Translations under genes and position numbers: made by a program
Origin: a virus
Lineage: Duplodnaviria > Caudoviricetes
Length of the DNA: 35,759 nucleotides
Reading direction: 5' to 3' (one strand)
Virus record (IMG/VR): IMGVR_UViG_3300037608_000191
Span: 1-35,759 of that record
Shown here: positions 17,206 to 26,012 of the stretch, in pieces
Layout: every line of letters begins with the position of its first letter
Position numbering within the stretch: the first letter of the stretch is position 1
The notes under the pieces: generated by a model
What the model saw: the letters and a program-made list of their open reading frames with translations, nothing else
Databases searched by the model: none
What the model was told of the DNA's origin: nothing

Positions 17206-19115
17206 GCGATCAGATGACCGCCGCGGAGATCGCGGAACTGCACGAAGGGCTGCGCCTGACGGACGAGATCCGGTCGCGCGTGGCGTCGGGCGAGAGGCAG
17301 GCCGATGTCGCCGGAACTCTGGGAATCAGCGTGCCGACGCTGTGGCGCTGGATGAAGCGCCGGGACGAGGCGGACGCCGGGAACGTGCGGGCGCTGGTCC
17401 GCGGCCGCTCGACGGGCCGGCCGCCGCTGGCGGCGCCGAGCGCCGAGGAGGCGCGGGCGATGCGGGAGATCTTCGTGCGGACGAACCGCAGCCGCGGCCG
17501 GGGCTCGATGACGCTGGCGGCGCGGACGTTCGCGCTGTCGGGGGAGTGCTCGGAGGAGCTCCGGCACGCGATCCTGAAGCCGCGGGCCTCGAAGCACACG
17601 CTGACGCGGACGATCCGCAACGCGCTGGCGACGGCGCCGGCGATCGTGGAGCACCACCGCTCGCCGACGGAGGCGAAGCTGGGCGGCATGTACTGCCCGG
17701 GCTCGCTGCGGATGGCGCGGGGCGACTTCGGGGACGAGCCGCGGCGCCTGGTCGCGGGGGAACGGCAGAGCTGGGATGACGCCTCGATCAACTTCCTGGT
17801 GTGCGTGCCGTGGCCGTGGGGCGGCGACCGCTGCGCGGATCGCTTCGGCGTGAAGCTGGGCCGCTTCCAGTTGCTGGCGGGCATCGACGACGCCTCGGAT
17901 TTCTGCCCGGGCTTCTCGTTCGTGATGCGGCCGCTTCAGAGCTACCGCGCCGGCGACTCGACGGCGGCGCAGTTCCGCGTGTGGCGCGACTCCTACCTGC
18001 CGGCGGCCGCGGTGGTGGAGGGCGGCGTGTGGCAGAGCCACCGGGCGATGGAGTTCTACCGGCGGGTGGGCGTGGCGCCGATCGACGCGAAGGGCCGCCC
18101 GCACTCGAAGCTGGTGGAGAACTACTGGAACCGCCTCTGGTCGGTGCTGTCGATCCAGCCGGGGCAGATCGGCCGCTACCGGGGGGAGATGGAGCGGGAG
18201 AACGATCTCGCGCTGCGCGCGCAGAACGGCCGGCTGGATCCGCGGGAGTACTTCCCGCTGCTGACGCAGGGGCTCGACGCCTTGCAGGCGGCGCTCGCGT
18301 ACCTGAACGCGGAGCCGGTGGAGTCGAAGAAGTACGGCCGCTGGGTTCCCCAGGAGCGGCACCGCGACGACCTGGCGGCGAGCCCGCGGCCGAGCCTGCC
18401 GCCGGATCTCGCGTGGACGGTGGCGCCGGAGCAGCACGTCCGCGTGACGCGCCGCGGGATGGTGGAGGCGCGCGTGGAAAGCCCGCTGGGCGGCTCGCTG
18501 CCGTACCACTTCGCGACGGAGGCGCTGTGGGAGTTCGAGGGCTGCCGGGTGCGCGTCCACTTCGACCCGTTCGAGGCGCCGTGCACGGCGGCGATCGCGC
18601 TGGCGGAGGACCACGCGGGCCTGAAGGCGGGGCATGTGATCGCCCTGCGGGCGCCGTGCCTGGACGACGCGCCGGCGGTGCTGCGCTCGGGCGACGGCTA
18701 CGGCGTCGAGTTCGACGCGGCCGGCCTGGCGCGGGCGATCGAGATGCGCAAGGCGGTGTCGAAGGCGGTGCGGACGGAGTATCGCGCGATCGGCTTCGGC
18801 GGCCGCCGGCTGGCGGCATCGAGCGAAAGCCGGGACGGGCTGGGCACCGTCTCGCGCGCCGAGATTTCAGGAGGCGAGCAGGCCCGAGATCCGAGGACCG
18901 AGATCCGAGATCCGGCGGGCCTCCGACCTCGGGCCTCCGACCTCGGTCCGCGCCGGCCCGCCTCCGTGGCTTTGCAGCGCCGATTCCCGGCCCGCTCTCG
19001 GGCGGGAAACGCGCTGGATGGGATCGAGGTGGACCCGGCCCTTGTGGCGGACGTGGACGCCTACATGCGCGACGAGGCGCGGTCGCGGTTGGAGGAGGCC
19101 GGGGCGCTTCTGTGA
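17202..19115 (+). CDS. Mu A-like DDE transposase
   Basis: N-terminal HTH (LGISVPTLWRW), WDDASIN, IDDASDF, SKLVENYWNRL, C-terminal VRVHFDP; followed by AAA ATPase. Confidence 0.88.
   Translation: MSDQMTAAEIAELHEGLRLTDEIRSRVASGERQADVAGTLGISVPTLWRWMKRRDEADAGNVRALVRGRSTGRPPLAAPSAEEARAMREIFVRTNRSRGRGSMTLAARTFALSGECSEELRHAILKPRASKHTLTRTIRNALATAPAIVEHHRSPTEAKLGGMYCPGSLRMARGDFGDEPRRLVAGERQSWDDASINFLVCVPWPWGGDRCADRFGVKLGRFQLLAGIDDASDFCPGFSFVMRPLQSYRAGDSTAAQFRVWRDSYLPAAAVVEGGVWQSHRAMEFYRRVGVAPIDAKGRPHSKLVENYWNRLWSVLSIQPGQIGRYRGEMERENDLALRAQNGRLDPREYFPLLTQGLDALQAALAYLNAEPVESKKYGRWVPQERHRDDLAASPRPSLPPDLAWTVAPEQHVRVTRRGMVEARVESPLGGSLPYHFATEALWEFEGCRVRVHFDPFEAPCTAAIALAEDHAGLKAGHVIALRAPCLDDAPAVLRSGDGYGVEFDAAGLARAIEMRKAVSKAVRTEYRAIGFGGRRLAASSESRDGLGTVSRAEISGGEQARDPRTEIRDPAGLRPRASDLGPRRPASVALQRRFPARSRAGNALDGIEVDPALVADVDAYMRDEARSRLEEAGALL
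18883..18950. repeat. Heptamer-period palindromic repeat in the transposase C-terminus
   Basis: Encodes RDPRTEIRDPAGLRPRASDLGP; same core as the copies at 9.6-10.4 kb. Confidence 0.85.
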
Positions 19116-19153
19116 CGGACCCGCGGAGGCGGGGGAAAGGAACAGCGAACAGC

Positions 19154-20266
19154 ATGAGCACGACGAGAAAGGCGGGCACGGCGGCGGGGGATGACGCCCA
19201 CGCCGCGCATGGCGCGGGGAACCCGGCGCCGGAGGCGGGCATGAGCCGGGACACGATCAACATCCCGGACAACGTCCTGCAGGCGGGCTGCATCGGCTAC
19301 ACCGAGGACGAGCGGGACGACATCCAGTGGATGTTCACGTTCGCGCGGACGGAACTGGGCGGGTCGCGGGACCGGATGTGCGAGGTCTTCGACCTGGACT
19401 GGACGACGATCGTCCGCGTGGCGCAGGGCAAATACCCCACGTCGATCGCGAACATCATCGCGCGGATCCGGGACGTGCGGCGCCGCGCCCAGGAGAGCGG
19501 CCCGCGCGGGTTCGTGGAGACGGTGGTGACGCGGCGGGTCTTCGAGGTCCTGGACTACGCGCTCGCCGGCGACCTGGAGGGCGGCCGGATCGTGATGATC
19601 TCGGGCAGCTCGCGGCGGGGCAAAACGGAGGCCGCGAAGGAATGGTGCCGGCAGAACAACCACGGCCGGTCGGTCTACGTGGATTGCCCGGTGAACGGCG
19701 GGCTGCGGGCGCTGATGCAGGAGATCGCCGACAAGGTGGGCGTGAACGGCGCGCGGAAGACGGCGGACCTGCAGGAGCGGGTGGTGAAGTCGTTTCATCC
19801 GCGCCGGATCCTGATTGTGGACGAGGTGCTCCGCGTGCTGCCCACGCGGCGAAGCGATCGCCGGCCGGTGGAGTTGGAGTTCATCCGCCGGCTGCACGAC
19901 GTGACGCGGTGCGCGGTGGCGCTGATTGCGACGCCGGTGTTCGAGCACGAGATGCAGACGGGCTGGCTGCGGACCTACCTGGAGCAGCTGCTCGGGCGCA
20001 TCGCGGACCCGGTGTCCATTCCGGAGCGCGTCTACCTGTCGGAGGCCCGGGACATCTGCGCGTCGTTCAACGCGCGCCCCTCCGAGGCGCTGGTCGGCCT
20101 CTCGCACCGGATCGTGAACGAGCCCGGCAAGTACGGCGTGCTCTTCGAGCTTCTGCGCCAGGCCGCGGGCGCGGCGAAGCGCCGCGGCGAAGCGCTGACC
20201 GAGGCGCACCTCGCGGCCGCCTACCGGCGCCGGAAGGAGCGCACGAAGTGGCCGGAGGAGGAGTGA
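19154..20266 (+). CDS. MuB-like AAA+ transposition ATPase
   Basis: FVETVVTRRV, GSSRRGKT, ILIVDE, LEFIRRLHD, LEQLLGRI. Confidence 0.9.
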   Translation: MSTTRKAGTAAGDDAHAAHGAGNPAPEAGMSRDTINIPDNVLQAGCIGYTEDERDDIQWMFTFARTELGGSRDRMCEVFDLDWTTIVRVAQGKYPTSIANIIARIRDVRRRAQESGPRGFVETVVTRRVFEVLDYALAGDLEGGRIVMISGSSRRGKTEAAKEWCRQNNHGRSVYVDCPVNGGLRALMQEIADKVGVNGARKTADLQERVVKSFHPRRILIVDEVLRVLPTRRSDRRPVELEFIRRLHDVTRCAVALIATPVFEHEMQTGWLRTYLEQLLGRIADPVSIPERVYLSEARDICASFNARPSEALVGLSHRIVNEPGKYGVLFELLRQAAGAAKRRGEALTEAHLAAAYRRRKERTKWPEEE

Positions 20267-20343
20267 AACCACGGGTTGAAGAAAGTTGGAGAAAGTCGGG
20301 TTCGACTTCACAAATCCGTATTACAACATCAAAGGGGCAGACT

Positions 20344-20880
20344 ATGACGAAGGCAGACCAGAAGAAGGCCGCGGCGATGACCGCGGAGGACATCGAGGCG
20401 CTGGTGCGCGAGATGTGCCTGGCGAGCGTCCGCAACGACGAGGCCGTCGCCCGCATGAACGAGGAGCTTGCGCGGGTGCGCGAGCAGTACGAGCCGGAGA
20501 TCTCGGCGACGGCCGCGACCTGGAGCGGCCTCTTCGAGACCGTGCAGGCGTGGGCCGCCGCACACCCGGAGCAGTTCACGGACCGGAAGAGCATCGTGAT
20601 GGTGCACGGCACGGTCGGCTACCACACCGGCCAGCCGACGCTCAAGCCCATCAAGGGCATGACCTGGGAGAAGGTCGTCGAGGTGCTGAAGCAAACGATG
20701 CCGGGCTTCGTGCGGACGAAGGAGGAGGCGGACAAGGCCGGCCTCATCGCTGCCGCGGAAGCCGGCGAACTGGGCGAGGAGAACCTCCGGACGCTGGGCC
20801 TGCGGCGCCACCAGGAGGAGCGGTTCTTCGTGGAGCCGAACAAGGAAGCGGTGGAGATCGGCAAGCGGGGTGTTGCGTGA
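20344..20880 (+). CDS. gam: Mu Gam-like host-nuclease inhibitor
   Basis: WAAAH..F..RKSI..HGTVGYHTG.P.L, FVRTKEEADK, EERFFVEP. Confidence 0.92.
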   Translation: MTKADQKKAAAMTAEDIEALVREMCLASVRNDEAVARMNEELARVREQYEPEISATAATWSGLFETVQAWAAAHPEQFTDRKSIVMVHGTVGYHTGQPTLKPIKGMTWEKVVEVLKQTMPGFVRTKEEADKAGLIAAAEAGELGEENLRTLGLRRHQEERFFVEPNKEAVEIGKRGVA

Positions 20881-21104
20881 ACGCGCGGCGGGAACCGATG
20901 GTGCCGGCGCCTGCGCTGGAGCCCGAGATCGACGTGGCGCTGCGCGAGGTCGATCGGTGGAAGACGCTCGCCATGGCCGCAATGCTGTCCGTCGCGCTGC
21001 TCGTGGGGATGATCATCGGCCGCAGCATGCCGCCGCCGCGGTCGTGGGAGGCGGGTGCCTGGCGCGGCGACGCCGCGCCCATCGGCGGGGAGTTGGCGCC
21101 GTGA
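20877..21104 (+). CDS. Small single-TM protein
   Basis: GTGA overlaps; TM LAMAAMLSVALLVGMIIG. Confidence 0.6.
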   Translation: MNARREPMVPAPALEPEIDVALREVDRWKTLAMAAMLSVALLVGMIIGRSMPPPRSWEAGAWRGDAAPIGGELAP

Positions 21105-21655
21105 ACGCGCTGGACCGCTCGGTCGCCGGCGCCGCCGGGGCGCCGCTGTCGAACGTGCAGAAGCGGAACGTCGTGCTGGCGGCGCGGCACGCCTGGGAGA
21201 CGGAGGGCATGCCGCACTTCGACCGCGCGGCGTTCGAGGCGGGCGACCCGGTTGCGCTCTCCCAGGACGAGGCCGCGGAGCTCTGGCGCCACGAGGAGCA
21301 GCAGAAGGCGTGCGGCCGGAAGCACCTCACCGCATGCGCGCAGCGGGATTATCCCGGGCTGCTCTCGCACTTCCTTCGGGCCGCGGGCATGGAGGCGGCG
21401 GCGAATGCCTGGGCTGAGCGGGCGGCGTTCGATCCGGCGCGGCAGGCGCGGGCGAAGCTGGAGGCGACGTTCCGGGAGGTGGCTGACGCGATCGAGCGGC
21501 CGGCGGACTACGCCGCCGCGATCGCACGGAGCAAGTTCAAGACGGTCGACCTGGGCACGCTGACGGCGCGCCAGGTGTGGGTACTGGTCTTCGATCTCCG
21601 CCGGGCGGCGCAGCACAGGCGGGGGAACACCAAGACGCAAAGGACGCGAAGATGA
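21101..21655 (+). CDS. GemA/DUF1018-like protein (tentative)
   Basis: C-terminal KFKTVDLGTLTARQVWVLVFDL pattern and Mu-like position. Confidence 0.55.
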   Translation: MNALDRSVAGAAGAPLSNVQKRNVVLAARHAWETEGMPHFDRAAFEAGDPVALSQDEAAELWRHEEQQKACGRKHLTACAQRDYPGLLSHFLRAAGMEAAANAWAERAAFDPARQARAKLEATFREVADAIERPADYAAAIARSKFKTVDLGTLTARQVWVLVFDLRRAAQHRRGNTKTQRTRR

Positions 21656-21918
21656 AGGTGATGACTCCACAGGAAAAAGGCCGGATCGAAGCGCGCTACC
21701 TGGCTGCGGTCAGGATCGGCGACCTTTCGATACCGATCCGCGGCGCCGCCAGCTGCACGGGGCGGCCCTTGCCTGAGGCGCGCGCGGCGGCCGAGCGCGT
21801 CCTGGCTTTCGTGGGCGGCCGCGCGCCCGCCACGGCCCGATCCCCCCGGGGGAGCGGTGTCGGCCCGGACCCGGGGCCGGAGGCGAACGTCGGGCGGACG
21901 ACGGGGGCCGGGGACTGA
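21652..21918 (+). CDS. Hypothetical protein
   Basis: ATGA coupling; fills the operon. Confidence 0.55.
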   Translation: MKVMTPQEKGRIEARYLAAVRIGDLSIPIRGAASCTGRPLPEARAAAERVLAFVGGRAPATARSPRGSGVGPDPGPEANVGRTTGAGD

Positions 21919-21921
21919 ACC

Positions 21922-22233
21922 ATGAAGCCGGTCGACATCCGCAACGAGACCTGGGCCGACATCGCGGCCCGGGTGGATGGCGACCGCCGCGCGGTCTACG
22001 ACGGGCTGACGCGGCACGGTCCGGCGACGACGCGCGCCCTCGCGGCCGCCATGGGCTGGGACCCGTTCAACGTGCGACCGCGGGTGACGGAGCTTTGTCA
22101 GATCGGCCTCGCGCGGCTGGCGGGGCGGCGCCGGCGGGAGGGCGTCTACATGACGGTGCCGCTGGCGGTGGCGCGGGCGGAGTTCGAGCGGGCGAAGGCG
22201 GGCGGCGCGGAGCAGATGCTTCTGCGGATTTGA
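21922..22233 (+). CDS. Winged-helix DNA-binding protein
   Basis: HGPATTRALAAAMGW..NVRPRVTELCQIGL. Confidence 0.8.
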   Translation: MKPVDIRNETWADIAARVDGDRRAVYDGLTRHGPATTRALAAAMGWDPFNVRPRVTELCQIGLARLAGRRRREGVYMTVPLAVARAEFERAKAGGAEQMLLRI

Positions 22234-22244
22234 AGGGGGTTCAC

Positions 22245-22658
22245 ATGGCGAAGACGAACAGCAAGGCGGTGAAGACGGAGCGCCCCGGGGACCCGGCGGC
22301 GCGGATGGTGGAGATCTCGCCGGGGCGGTACACGCTGGCGCCGGCGGGGCGGCACGCGCCGGACGTTGTCATGTGCCGGGCGACGCCGGCCGGGGACGGG
22401 ACGTGGAAGCTGAATCCGGAGAACGTGACCTGGGCGCGGATCGACGCGGCGCTTCTCGACGCGATCGGCCTCGGCCGGCAGTGGGACACGCTGATGCGCC
22501 TGCACAAGGCCGGCTTCGTGGAGATCGCGCCGATCGCTCCGCACACGCACCTGCTGAACCTGGACAGCTGGTGGAACCATATTCAGCGGTGCGTCGAGAA
22601 CCCGGAGTTCTGGGACCCCGGCCGCGGCAACCGCGAAGCCTACCGGAGGGCGCTGTGA
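22245..22658 (+). CDS. Hypothetical protein at the early/late junction
   Basis: AGGGGG SD; GTGA overlap with MuF. Confidence 0.7.
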   Translation: MAKTNSKAVKTERPGDPAARMVEISPGRYTLAPAGRHAPDVVMCRATPAGDGTWKLNPENVTWARIDAALLDAIGLGRQWDTLMRLHKAGFVEIAPIAPHTHLLNLDSWWNHIQRCVENPEFWDPGRGNREAYRRAL

Positions 22659-24166
22659 AGCTCCTCCTGTCTCCGGTCCCGCACGACGAGGCGGCGAAGT
22701 TCATCGCGGGCAAGCCGGCGATGGGGCGCTCGGTGTTCGACCGCCTCCTGCCGGAGTTGAAGGCGCGGGCGTTCACGATCTCGGGCATCGCCTCGGCGGA
22801 CGCCCTGCAGCGCGCCCGCGACGTGATTGCAGCGCTCCCGCAGGGGGCGGACTGGGACACGCAGAAGGCGAAGCTGATCGGCGAGATCTCGCCGTTCCTG
22901 GTGGACGAGGCGGCGGATCCGGAGACGCGGCAGAAACAAGTCGAGCTCGCCTCGCGCCGCGCGGAGGTGCTGATGCGCCTGCACGGCTTCCAGTCCTACG
23001 CCGCCGCACAGCACCAGGTGATGGAGCGGCACCGGGACGCCTTCCCGTTCTGGATGTACCAGACCTTCGGCGACGGCCGCGTGCGGCCGAGCCACGCCGC
23101 GCTGAACGGGATCATCCTGCCGGCGGACCACCCGTTCTGGAAGGACCACACGCCTCCGTGGGACTGGGGCTGCCGCTGCAACAAGGTGCCGGTGACGGCG
23201 GACGAGGCGGGCGAGTACTCGGCGGCGAAGCCGGGCGCAGCGGCGGGCTGGGTGCCGGCGCCGGCCATCGTGAAGCGGATGGAGCAGACGGGCATGCTGG
23301 ACACGGGCGACGGCCGCCCGGTGGACGTGCGCAGCCCGAAGGAGAAGGCGGACGATCCCGCCACGGCGTTCGGCTGGGACCCGGGGGATCTCCGGCTTCC
23401 GGTGGAGGATCTGGCGAAGCGCTACGACGCGGCAACGTGGGCGGCGTTCCGCTCCTGGGCGGAGGCGCAGACGATCGAAGCGGGCTCCGGGGACCGGCTG
23501 TCGGCGCCGGGGCCGTTCTCGGTGTGGGATTGGCTGACGCGCAAGCCGGCCGGGAAATCGCAGGCGTGGGCGCCGGTTCGCTCGGCGGAGCAGTTCAGCA
23601 AGGCAACCGGCCTTCGGGCAATCGTCGAGCCGGAGGCCGCCCGCCAGGCGCCGGCGGTGCTGAATGCCGTGGGCGCGGAACGCGAACGCATGATGCGGAC
23701 GTTCCCGGGCTTCGCGGAGATCGAGAAGCTGCATCTCGTCCGGGAGATCGAAGTCAACCGGACGTACCTCGACGCCGCGGGGAGCTGGGGCGAGCACAAT
23801 ATTGTGAACGGGCGGGTCCGCCTGCACCCGAAGACCGCAGGCAAGACGTTTGCGAAGCGGCAGTCGGCGGCAGACGCATCAAGAGCCGGAAGAGAGCATA
23901 CGGCATACGACTCCGCCAATTCCTACCGGCACGAGTGCGGCCACGGAGCCGAGCGTCTGCTGACGTCGGAAGAGCGCCGGGCTCTCAACGAGGAGTTCTC
24001 CGCGCGGAACGCCGCAACGGTATACCGTGAGGTGTCCGGTTACGCCAACGTCAAGGAGAGCGAGGCCTTCGCCGAACTGTTCAACTTGATCGCGCGCGGC
24101 AGCGGGGATAGCGTGACGTCGTTCCCGCGGACGCGGCAGTCGATACGGAGGATCCTTGGGGCATGA
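22655..24166 (+). CDS. MuF (gp30/F) minor head protein with C-terminal HExxH zincin-like domain
   Basis: RAFTISG, Y.T.GDGRVRPSHAALNG..DHPFW..PPWDWGCRC; C-terminal RHECGH..VSGYA..SEAFAELF. Confidence 0.88.
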   Translation: MKLLLSPVPHDEAAKFIAGKPAMGRSVFDRLLPELKARAFTISGIASADALQRARDVIAALPQGADWDTQKAKLIGEISPFLVDEAADPETRQKQVELASRRAEVLMRLHGFQSYAAAQHQVMERHRDAFPFWMYQTFGDGRVRPSHAALNGIILPADHPFWKDHTPPWDWGCRCNKVPVTADEAGEYSAAKPGAAAGWVPAPAIVKRMEQTGMLDTGDGRPVDVRSPKEKADDPATAFGWDPGDLRLPVEDLAKRYDAATWAAFRSWAEAQTIEAGSGDRLSAPGPFSVWDWLTRKPAGKSQAWAPVRSAEQFSKATGLRAIVEPEAARQAPAVLNAVGAERERMMRTFPGFAEIEKLHLVREIEVNRTYLDAAGSWGEHNIVNGRVRLHPKTAGKTFAKRQSAADASRAGREHTAYDSANSYRHECGHGAERLLTSEERRALNEEFSARNAATVYREVSGYANVKESEAFAELFNLIARGSGDSVTSFPRTRQSIRRILGA

Positions 24167-24402
24167 CAACGCCGGCACGTTCTTACCAGTGCGAAGTGTG
24201 TGCCCACTACCGGCACGCGAAGTACGATCCGTGGCGGTTGTGCTGCGACGCATTTCCGGACGGCATCCCTCGCGAGATCCGCATCGAGCAGCACGACCAT
24301 CGGAAGCCGTTTCCCGGGGACAACGGCATCCTGTTCGAGCCGAAGCCGGGGGAGGAGATCGACGAGTCGCTCTTCCCCGGAGGAGGCGGCAATGACGACT
24401 GA
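24163..24402 (+). CDS. Small Cys-rich protein coupled to MuF (putative immunity/partner)
   Basis: CEVCAH..CDAFPDGIP.EI..HDH.KPFPGDNGILFE; ATGA overlap. Confidence 0.8.
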   Translation: MTTPARSYQCEVCAHYRHAKYDPWRLCCDAFPDGIPREIRIEQHDHRKPFPGDNGILFEPKPGEEIDESLFPGGGGNDD

Positions 24403-24429
24403 GTCCACGGGGCGGGCGCGGGAGGCGTC

Positions 24430-24939
24430 GTGCAAGCGCGGGTGACCATCACGCGGGATCTCATCACGCCGCAGCTTCGCGCGATGGCGCGGAAGGTCGC
24501 GAACAAGCGGCCGGTGCTGGAGGCGATGGGCCTCGCCCTGGTGGGCGTGACGCAGCGGGCGTTCAATGACGAGAGCCTGCGCCCGTCCGCGTGGGCGCCG
24601 AAGAAGACGGCGGACGGGCGGCCGTTGCTGAAGCGCTCGGGCCTGCTGTGGCGGTCGGCGCGGATCGTCGCCCTGGACGGAGCGTCGGTGACGGTGGGCA
24701 CGGACCGGCCGTATGCGGCCGCGCACCAGTTCGGGACGAGGCCGTTCACGATCCGCCCGAAGGCGAAGCGGGCGCTGTACTGGCCGGGCGCAAGGCACCC
24801 GGTGGGCGCGGTCCACCATCCCGGTCTCCCGGCGCGGCCGTTCTTCCCGTTCGACGCGCAGGGGAACATCACGCCGGCGGCCGCGCAACGAATCCGCTCC
24901 GCCGCGATGGCGAAGATGCTGGCGCTGCTGAAGCCGTGA
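24430..24939 (+). CDS. Mu G-like virion morphogenesis protein
   Basis: WAP..LKRSGLL..S..VGTDRPYAAAHQFG..LPARPFFP. Confidence 0.9.
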   Translation: MQARVTITRDLITPQLRAMARKVANKRPVLEAMGLALVGVTQRAFNDESLRPSAWAPKKTADGRPLLKRSGLLWRSARIVALDGASVTVGTDRPYAAAHQFGTRPFTIRPKAKRALYWPGARHPVGAVHHPGLPARPFFPFDAQGNITPAAAQRIRSAAMAKMLALLKP

Positions 24940-24952
24940 CGGCGCGGCGGGC

Positions 24953-25007
24953 GCAGAACCCGCACAGTCTCATGACCTGATTCCGGCGCGCGCGTAGGGT
25001 GCGCGCC
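24953..25007 (+). promoter_or_regulatory. Putative late promoter, copy 4
   Basis: CAGAACCCGCA (24954-64)-N30-TAGGGT-N7-GTG. Confidence 0.8.
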
Positions 25008-25970
25008 GTGAAATCGAACCTGGATCTCCTGCTGGGCCTGCGGATCGGAGCCTTCGCTTCGGCCGCGGAACTGCCGCAGCGCTTTAAGATCCTCGGCTGG
25101 GGCGAGAACAAGACCGCCTCGGGCCGGCCGGCGCGCGTGGGGCGCAAGACGCTGACGACGCTCTCGGCGATGCAGAAGCGGCTCGGGTTCGAGGAAGTCG
25201 CGCTGGACTTCGAGCACAACACCGTCCCGGGGACGAAGGCGCACAAGGAATCCACGGAGCCGCGCGCGGTCGCGGCGTACGGCACGCTGGACGTGGTCGA
25301 GGGCGAGGGCCTGTATTTCAACGTGTCGCGCTGGACCCCGGAGGGGACGAAGAGCGCGCTCAACTTTCAGGATCTCTCGCCGGCGCCGGCAACGGACGAC
25401 TCCGGCGAGGTCATCTTCGTCCATTCCGTGGCGCTGTGCCGGAACGGGGACGTAGAGGGTCTGCATTTCGTGACCCTTTCGGTTGAAACCGGAACGCAGG
25501 AGGAACGAGTCATGGACTACAAAGCGATTCTCGTGAAGCTGCTGAAGCTTCCCGAATCGGCCACCGACGCGGACATCGAAAAGGCCGCGGTCTCGGTGAG
25601 CGAGCCGGCTCTGATGTCGGCGAAGGTGACGGATCTCGAAGGCAAGGTCGTGGCGCTGACGGCGACGGTCGAGGCGGTGAGGGCCGCGGACCTCAAGCGC
25701 CAGCGCGACGCGATCCTCGCCCAGGCCGCGCGGGACGGGAAGGTGATCCCGCTGACGGCGGAGCAGATCTCGGCGATGGATCTCGCGGCGCTCTCGACGA
25801 TGGTCGAGAAGCTGCCGGTGACCGTGCCGCTGGAGAAGCGCACGCCGGCCGTCGAGCCGATGGCCGCCCAGGGCGGCAACCCCACGATCGCCGCGTACAA
25901 CGCGATCCAGGACCCGGAGGAGCGCGCGCGCTTCTTCGAGGCGAACCGCGAGAAGATCGTCGGCAAGTAA
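25008..25970 (+). CDS. Mu I-like prohead protease with probable nested scaffold (internal ATG 25512)
   Basis: LDFEHNT, WTPEG, LSPA, LSV; in-frame ATG with AGGAGG SD before the coiled-coil half, as in Mu I/Z. Confidence 0.88.
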   Translation: MKSNLDLLLGLRIGAFASAAELPQRFKILGWGENKTASGRPARVGRKTLTTLSAMQKRLGFEEVALDFEHNTVPGTKAHKESTEPRAVAAYGTLDVVEGEGLYFNVSRWTPEGTKSALNFQDLSPAPATDDSGEVIFVHSVALCRNGDVEGLHFVTLSVETGTQEERVMDYKAILVKLLKLPESATDADIEKAAVSVSEPALMSAKVTDLEGKVVALTATVEAVRAADLKRQRDAILAQAARDGKVIPLTAEQISAMDLAALSTMVEKLPVTVPLEKRTPAVEPMAAQGGNPTIAAYNAIQDPEERARFFEANREKIVGK

Positions 25971-26012
25971 CCGCAACGCCCACACGACCAATCCCAACAG
26001 GGAGAAAGAGCC

